Assembly: GCA_021513695.1 (NCBI GenBank)
Contig: CP084166.1
Location: 2,944,001 to 3,008,000 of the forward strand
Direction of reading: 5' to 3'
Source: Candidatus Heimdallarchaeum aukensis
GTDB taxonomy: Archaea > Asgardarchaeota > Heimdallarchaeia > Heimdallarchaeales > Heimdallarchaeaceae
DNA length: 64,000 nt
Part shown: piece after piece, positions 58,830-64,000 of the stretch
How the letters are laid out: the number at the start of each line of letters is the position of its first letter
Numbering within the stretch: position 1 is the stretch's first letter
Program-made: the position numbers and the translations under genes
The notes under the pieces: generated by a model
Seen by the model: the letters and a program-made list of their open reading frames with translations, nothing else
Database searches by the model: none
Told to the model about the DNA's origin: nothing

Positions 58830-59741
58830 GTGAAAAAAATGCCAACAACAATTAAAGATTTAATGAATAATCCCAAAGAAGCATTGCTTAAAGGTCATTT
58901 TGCATGTGCAGGATGTGGAAGCGCTTTAGCTTTTCGTCATGCAATCGGTGCTATTGCTGATAAAGCTGTTGTAGTAATTCCTGCCTGTTGTACTTCAGTA
59001 TATCAAGGATTTGGAAGAGGAGTAGCTTTTGATGTTCCAACAATTAATGTAGCTTTTGCTTCATCTGATGCAGTTGCTGCAGGAATTAAACATGCAATGG
59101 ATAAAAAAGGAAAAGAAGCACATGTAATCGCTTGGGCTGGAGATGGAGGTACAGCTGATATAGGTATTGCTACTCTTATTGGTGCTTGTGATAGACAAGA
59201 TAATATCTTGCATATAATGTATAGTAACAATGTCTATAGTAACACCGGTGGGCAAAGAAGTGGAGATACTCCTATTGGTGCAAGAACAACAACTACACCT
59301 TTTGGAAACAAAACACAGAGGAAAATGGTTCCTTTCATAATGATGGCTAATAACGCTAGCTATGTTGCTACAGCTTCAGTAGCTTATATTCCTGATCTCG
59401 TTGATAAAGTGAAAAAGGCACTAAGCTATGATGGTTTCAAGTTTATTGAAATCGATGCTAGCTGCCCAGTAGCATGGAAATCAGATTCTGCTGACTCTAT
59501 TCATGTTGCAAGACTAGCTGTAGAAACTGGTGTTTGGCCACTATTTGAGTGGGATAGTAAATCAAACAAAGCAGTTCTAAGTAAAAGAGGAAGCAAATAT
59601 AGGAATAAAGAAAACAGAAAACCAATTGAAGAATGGTTAAATATTCAAGGAAGATTCAAAGGAATGTCTGAAGAAGAGATCAAGAACTTATATGCTGATG
59701 TTGATCGTCAATGGACTTTCCTCGAAAAATTCCTAGAATAA
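58830..59741 (+). CDS. porB: Pyruvate/2-oxoacid:ferredoxin oxidoreductase beta subunit (TPP-binding)
   Basis: CAGCGSALAFRH...GDGGTADIGIATLIGA (TPP-binding fold with Cys cluster), typical of the POR beta subunit. Confidence 0.85.
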   Translation: MKKMPTTIKDLMNNPKEALLKGHFACAGCGSALAFRHAIGAIADKAVVVIPACCTSVYQGFGRGVAFDVPTINVAFASSDAVAAGIKHAMDKKGKEAHVIAWAGDGGTADIGIATLIGACDRQDNILHIMYSNNVYSNTGGQRSGDTPIGARTTTTPFGNKTQRKMVPFIMMANNASYVATASVAYIPDLVDKVKKALSYDGFKFIEIDASCPVAWKSDSADSIHVARLAVETGVWPLFEWDSKSNKAVLSKRGSKYRNKENRKPIEEWLNIQGRFKGMSEEEIKNLYADVDRQWTFLEKFLE

Positions 59742-59801
59742 CTTTTTTTTCTATTTACCTTTATCGATGTTTTTTAATAATGATTAGAAAATTTAGAATT
59801 A

Positions 59802-60449
59802 GTGTCTAATTTGGATAACAATTCTAAAACAGAAGAGCTCTACAATATGATTATTGGTTTTATTGAAAGTGCAATAAAACTAAAAAGCCTTCCAAGACAA
59901 GGTTGGATTAGAGTAGGAATTCCACTTTCAGTAGTCGAAAGTGTAGCTGATCACTGCTATAATACGGCAATGTTGTCTTTGCTTTTAGTAGACTTGCACA
60001 ATGAATTATACAAGGATGAACAATTATCTTCAGAACTAGTAATGAGAATAGCTATTGTTCATGATTTACCAGAATGTAGATATCAGGATTTTGACAAACA
60101 AGTTGAGATTTTGGTGGGAAAAGATCATTATCTAGAATTCAAAACGCAGATTCTAACAAATGCAAGTAATGAGTTGCTTTCACTAATCCTAAATGAAAAT
60201 GTGAAAGATTTATGGAAAAAAACTTTAGATGATGTTATTGTTAAGTCCTCACGAGAGGCAAAATTTGTTAGTTACGTAGATAAACTTGAAGTAATTGTTC
60301 AAGCTTTAGCATATGAAAAACAAGGATATAACCCGCGTATTTTCGATGACTATTGGAAAACCTCACTAGACTATCTTAGTTCTTGTCCATTTGAGGTGAT
60401 AAACAATCTTGTCCCTCAATTAAAACAAGCTAGATCACAAAACTTCTAG
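59802..60449 (+). CDS. HD-domain phosphohydrolase (YfbR-like 5'-deoxynucleotidase family)
   Basis: VADHCYNTAMLSLLL...AIVHDLPECRYQDFD contains the H...HD...D metal ligands. Confidence 0.65.
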   Translation: MSNLDNNSKTEELYNMIIGFIESAIKLKSLPRQGWIRVGIPLSVVESVADHCYNTAMLSLLLVDLHNELYKDEQLSSELVMRIAIVHDLPECRYQDFDKQVEILVGKDHYLEFKTQILTNASNELLSLILNENVKDLWKKTLDDVIVKSSREAKFVSYVDKLEVIVQALAYEKQGYNPRIFDDYWKTSLDYLSSCPFEVINNLVPQLKQARSQNF

Positions 60450-60571
60450 TCTTTTTTTAAATAAATTAGAATAGATTTGTTTCCTTCTTAAATAATTTTA
60501 AATAGCAAAAAAGTTTAATAGTTTTAGATAAAATTTAGTTTATCGTTAATTATAATAATCGATGATGAAAC

Positions 60572-61753
60572 ATGGACCTAGAAGATAAATACAACGAACT
60601 TCAAGTTTCTCCTTTTAATATTCCTTTTCTTCGTGATTTGGGAATTAAAGCAGTAGCTATTGTAAACTTTGACATACTCTATGGTCCAGTCTGTTATTTG
60701 AAAGAACTTTCGAACTCCTCTTTTAGCGAGAAATTAAAAAAAGTAGATACATTAGCAGAACTCTATACTGGTTTTGCTAGAACTGAAATTGATGTTATAA
60801 CTACTCTAGATGAGAAAGTAATTGTTAGTAGTTATACAGAAAAACTTGAAACAAGTGAGGTTACTTCTCTTCTTTTTCTAGTTTGTGTTCTTTCTGCTGA
60901 TACTGAAAAACTAGTACAGTATTGTCGTTCTTTGACTAAAAGAATAAGAGGAGATCCTGAAAGATTTAATTCTGCATTATCTTTTATTATAGAACAAGAA
61001 AGAAAGAAGAGTCATGCATTAATTATAGAACGAAATGGAACTAGAATAAAAGGATTAAACATTAATGATGAAAGTATTGTTTCAGGTAATGAGTTTCTGA
61101 ATTTTAATGGATTTCTGTTTATTGATTATAACCGTGCAGAAGTAGACGGAAGATTTTTCCCAAAAAGGATAAACGAAAAAAAAGTTGATTTTAGAGCGTT
61201 AGTAAAGTTTATTGACACACAGAAAAATGAAGCTGAATTATCTTTTGGAGAGTTAATTACTCTTTACTATAAAGGCTTAGAGTTGCTCATTTATTTGCAT
61301 AATTCTGGAGCAATTATGGTCGGAACAAAAAAAATGAGATCGAGGATTAATTACAATTTTATTAATAAATGGTTTTTCAACTTTTTTGATGTGTATCTAG
61401 ATGTACATGGAATTCCAGAAGAAAAAGGGACTTTGGAAACCCTGAAATATTTAGATAGAGAAATATCTGGTGAACCTAAAAGATTTATTATTTCAGAGCT
61501 CATTGATTTAATGATCAATTCGGAGAAATCTACCCCAGAACTTTTAGTTAAACCTTCTTCAATAAAGAAAAGAGGATGGATAAGCTTAAGAACAGAATAT
61601 GAGCTCTTCTTGGAGTATCTCGAACTTTTTGATGGAAGTCTTTCAATATATAAAATTTCTCAAGAAATGTCTGTACCCCTTTCAAAAGTTGTAGAATTTA
61701 TTATTTTTCTGAAATCGAGAAATTTACTTGAAGTCTATAAGAAGAAAAGATAA
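60572..61753 (+). CDS. Hypothetical protein with N-terminal roadblock/longin-like domain and C-terminal winged helix
   Basis: N-terminus IKAVAIVNFDILYGPVCYL...EKVIVSSYTEK...TSLLFLVCVLSAD (roadblock-like). The C-terminus SLSIYKISQEMSVPLSKVVEFIIFLKSRNLLEVYKK is wHTH-like. Confidence 0.45.
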   Translation: MDLEDKYNELQVSPFNIPFLRDLGIKAVAIVNFDILYGPVCYLKELSNSSFSEKLKKVDTLAELYTGFARTEIDVITTLDEKVIVSSYTEKLETSEVTSLLFLVCVLSADTEKLVQYCRSLTKRIRGDPERFNSALSFIIEQERKKSHALIIERNGTRIKGLNINDESIVSGNEFLNFNGFLFIDYNRAEVDGRFFPKRINEKKVDFRALVKFIDTQKNEAELSFGELITLYYKGLELLIYLHNSGAIMVGTKKMRSRINYNFINKWFFNFFDVYLDVHGIPEEKGTLETLKYLDREISGEPKRFIISELIDLMINSEKSTPELLVKPSSIKKRGWISLRTEYELFLEYLELFDGSLSIYKISQEMSVPLSKVVEFIIFLKSRNLLEVYKKKR

Positions 61754-61768
61754 AAGAATTTTTATAGT

Positions 61769-62815
61769 TTGTCGAAATTATTATTAACATTAAAAAAACT
61801 TGAAAAGTGTAGACTAATGAGCAGATTTTCTCTTAAATTAGAAACAACAGAACAAGAATTAATCAATAAAATTGAAACTTTAAAGAAAATTTCCGCTCTT
61901 ATAGCTTCTAAAATACTAAAAGAACTGAAAATTTATGATTCTCTTCAAAGACCAAGGTCTCCTGAAGAAGTTTTCCACATGAACAATTATATAGGGCTAG
62001 AAAAAGAATTTCATTACATCTTTGAAATTTTAGCTGATATGAAACTCCTAGAAAAACAAGGAGAATTTTATCAAGAAGGGCCAACGAGGATTAGTTTGGA
62101 AAAAAAGTATCAGACTGAAATTTTAGAAGAAAATAATGATATTTTTGGTTCTATAAACTATCTTTTTGAGAAGATAAGTTCAAAATATATAAGTATCTTG
62201 AAAGGAGAGCAAGGAAAATTAAATTCTAAGGAGTTAATAAATTTTCTAGATTGTTTGCATGGCTCAGAATTTGTATTCATGATACGAGAATTGTTTTTCA
62301 AACAGCTAACAACTAGAGTAAGTATTTTTTCTGAAACTACTAAACTTAATATCTTGAACTGGGGAGTGGGATCAGGATATGATGCAGTACATATAGCTGA
62401 CTTTTTTGGTTTAAGGGCTTCAATTATAAGTATTGAACCTGATAATGAAGTTTATAGAGGAAAAGTTTTGCAAGATTTATATGAAATTTATAATCTGGAT
62501 TTTGTTGAAAGATCTCACTTAGAAATTTCTCTTTTGTCTGGAACAATTGATTTATTTTTTGGAAATGGGATATTCTTTTTTGAAAGCTTTTCTGAAATTG
62601 TGAAAGTCATTAAGAAATTGCTCAAAGATGAGGGTTTCCTTGCATTAATCATCAATAAGGATATAGACTTAGCTACAAAATGGGTTTTCTCTGTGTTTGA
62701 TAAATATAAAGTTGCAGAAGATAGAGATTCCTTAATAGCAAAATTCAAACATAGTGGTCTATCCAGAGTAAAATATGTAGGATTGAATGACAGTTTTGTA
62801 CTTTTACAAAAATGA
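61769..62815 (+). CDS. Hypothetical protein with C-terminal class I SAM-dependent methyltransferase fold
   Basis: Motif I-like ILNWGVGSGYDAVHIADF, then acidic-loop and LFFGNGIFFFESF / GFLALIINKD segments consistent with the Rossmann MTase core. Confidence 0.5.
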   Translation: MSKLLLTLKKLEKCRLMSRFSLKLETTEQELINKIETLKKISALIASKILKELKIYDSLQRPRSPEEVFHMNNYIGLEKEFHYIFEILADMKLLEKQGEFYQEGPTRISLEKKYQTEILEENNDIFGSINYLFEKISSKYISILKGEQGKLNSKELINFLDCLHGSEFVFMIRELFFKQLTTRVSIFSETTKLNILNWGVGSGYDAVHIADFFGLRASIISIEPDNEVYRGKVLQDLYEIYNLDFVERSHLEISLLSGTIDLFFGNGIFFFESFSEIVKVIKKLLKDEGFLALIINKDIDLATKWVFSVFDKYKVAEDRDSLIAKFKHSGLSRVKYVGLNDSFVLLQK

Positions 62816-62865
62816 AAAAGAAAGGAAGAATCTTAAAATAAAAAAAAGATAAATTACTTTTTTGT

Positions 62866-63987
62866 TTATTTCTTTTTCTGTTCTGCAAGTTTAGACTTTT
62901 CAGCTAATTCAGGTATTATTTGTAGGAAAGGTGCAATAGAGTTAGCGATTGTTGAAAAAGCATCTTCTTTAGAGCCTGTAATAATCATTTTATCAATTTC
63001 TAAGTTCTGGTAAATCTCTGGTAATCTTGCAATAATCATTTCTTGGAAGAAGCGACTATCTGCTTTTGCTAGAGCTTGTATTCTAGCTAATATACCTTCT
63101 GCTTCTGCTTTTCTAGCCTCTAAAATCATAGCAGCTTCACCTTTGGCTCTAGATTCAAGCTCAAATTGCTTTGCTGCTGCCATTCTACGGATTTTTTCAG
63201 CTTCAACGTCAACTTCTGAGGCAATTTTTCTGTATTTCTCTGCATTAGCTTCGATTTCAACCTTTGTTTGATAAGTTTTGGCTTCTACTTCTGTTCTTTT
63301 CTTTTCAAGTTCTTGGATTTTAATCTCTCTATCTTTTTGCTTAGTTTCAATGTCTAATTGTACTCCTTGTCTTTCCATTTCGACCTTTCGTTGAACTTCT
63401 AAGTCTCTAAGTTTAGTGGTTTCCTCCATATCTGCTTTCTTTAATCTGGCTAGTTTCTCCTGTTCAATTTTCATAATAGCGCTGACATTCTCCTTTAATT
63501 TAGGATCTATGATCTCTATTTCTCTAATTTCAACGCTTTCGATAATCAAACCCCAATCTCTTGTTAATGTGTGTAATTCTTTGACTACAGACTCAATTAT
63601 TGCTTGTCTGTCGCGTATTATTTTCTCTAGTTGCATGTTGGCAGTAACAGTTCGAATAATTGATTCTGTGGCGTTTTTGATTATATTTTCGACATAAGCA
63701 GGCGAGGACTGATCCCATACAACCCTAGCAAAAGCAACTTCAGGGTCAACAACTCTCCAAAAAACAAAAGCTGTTACTGATATCTCTTGAAATTCTCTAC
63801 TAACTACTTTTTCTTTTGCTTCCAAAAAAGTAGATTGTGTAGTTACTGGAATAGTTCTAATTTCGTCGATCAAAGGTAAAACAACAGCTTTTCCACCTTG
63901 TCCTGCTCTGATAACCTTTCCTCCACGAAAGTGAATGACGTAAAAACTAGTATCGAATTTACGATAACGTGACGCATAAAACATCAA
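62866..63987 (-). CDS. Flotillin-like SPFH/band-7 domain protein
   Basis: N-terminal SPFH region followed by a long E/A/K-rich coiled coil (EQEKLARLKKADMEETTKLRDLEVQRK...RAKGEAAMILEARKAEAEGILARIQALAKA), typical of flotillins. Confidence 0.75.
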   Translation of the reverse strand: MMFYASRYRKFDTSFYVIHFRGGKVIRAGQGGKAVVLPLIDEIRTIPVTTQSTFLEAKEKVVSREFQEISVTAFVFWRVVDPEVAFARVVWDQSSPAYVENIIKNATESIIRTVTANMQLEKIIRDRQAIIESVVKELHTLTRDWGLIIESVEIREIEIIDPKLKENVSAIMKIEQEKLARLKKADMEETTKLRDLEVQRKVEMERQGVQLDIETKQKDREIKIQELEKKRTEVEAKTYQTKVEIEANAEKYRKIASEVDVEAEKIRRMAAAKQFELESRAKGEAAMILEARKAEAEGILARIQALAKADSRFFQEMIIARLPEIYQNLEIDKMIITGSKEDAFSTIANSIAPFLQIIPELAEKSKLAEQKKK

Positions 63988-64000
63988 TCCAAGAACAATT

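Noticed and set aside
1-64000. tRNA, rRNA or other GC-rich structured RNA genes in intergenic regions
   Set aside because: Visual scanning found no GC-rich ~75-nt islands with tRNA-like acceptor and T-arm patterns in any intergenic region. This should be confirmed with tRNAscan-SE or Infernal, which I cannot run.

Overview
AT-rich (~30% GC) archaeal chromosomal segment with dense, mostly operonic coding on both strands. Its centre is a complete type I-B CRISPR-Cas locus on the minus strand (cas6-cas8b-cas7-cas5-cas3-cas4-cas1-cas2). This is followed by a 38-repeat array (30-bp repeat ATTTCAATCCCACTATGGTCTGATTCTAAC on the + strand; 37 spacers of 36-37 bp, only 32 unique). A divergent Csa3-like CARF-wHTH regulator lies upstream, with a solitary degenerate repeat just beyond it. 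Flanking genes are housekeeping and fermentative metabolism: a Mop-type molybdo-aldehyde oxidoreductase with a MocA-like partner, indolepyruvate:ferredoxin oxidoreductase iorAB with an overlapping ketopantoate-reductase-family gene, a four-subunit pyruvate/2-oxoacid:ferredoxin oxidoreductase porGDAB, archaeal-type purA, nnr, a DegV protein, an HD hydrolase, a metallophosphoesterase and a CitG-family protein. Also present: transporters (ABC-2 exporter, APC amino-acid permease), tandem UspA, three large secreted proteins with C-terminal TM anchors (one with four ~100-aa tandem repeats, two paralogous parallel beta-helix proteins), a UbiA prenyltransferase and an SF2 Ski2/Hel308-like helicase with zinc-ribbon neighbours. 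A Ras-superfamily small GTPase, three roadblock/longin-like domain proteins, TPR proteins and a flotillin-like SPFH protein co-occur; from sequence alone this suggests an Asgard-type (Lokiarchaeia-like) archaeon. No tRNA or rRNA genes were recognised. Hunt results of note: a segmental and a tandem spacer duplication inside the array, the orphan repeat next to csa3, a 30-bp direct-repeat operator pair at a divergent ArsR-family promoter, an 11-bp inverted repeat bracketing an 88-bp intergenic segment, and several uncharacterised roadblock/zinc-ribbon/helicase modules.
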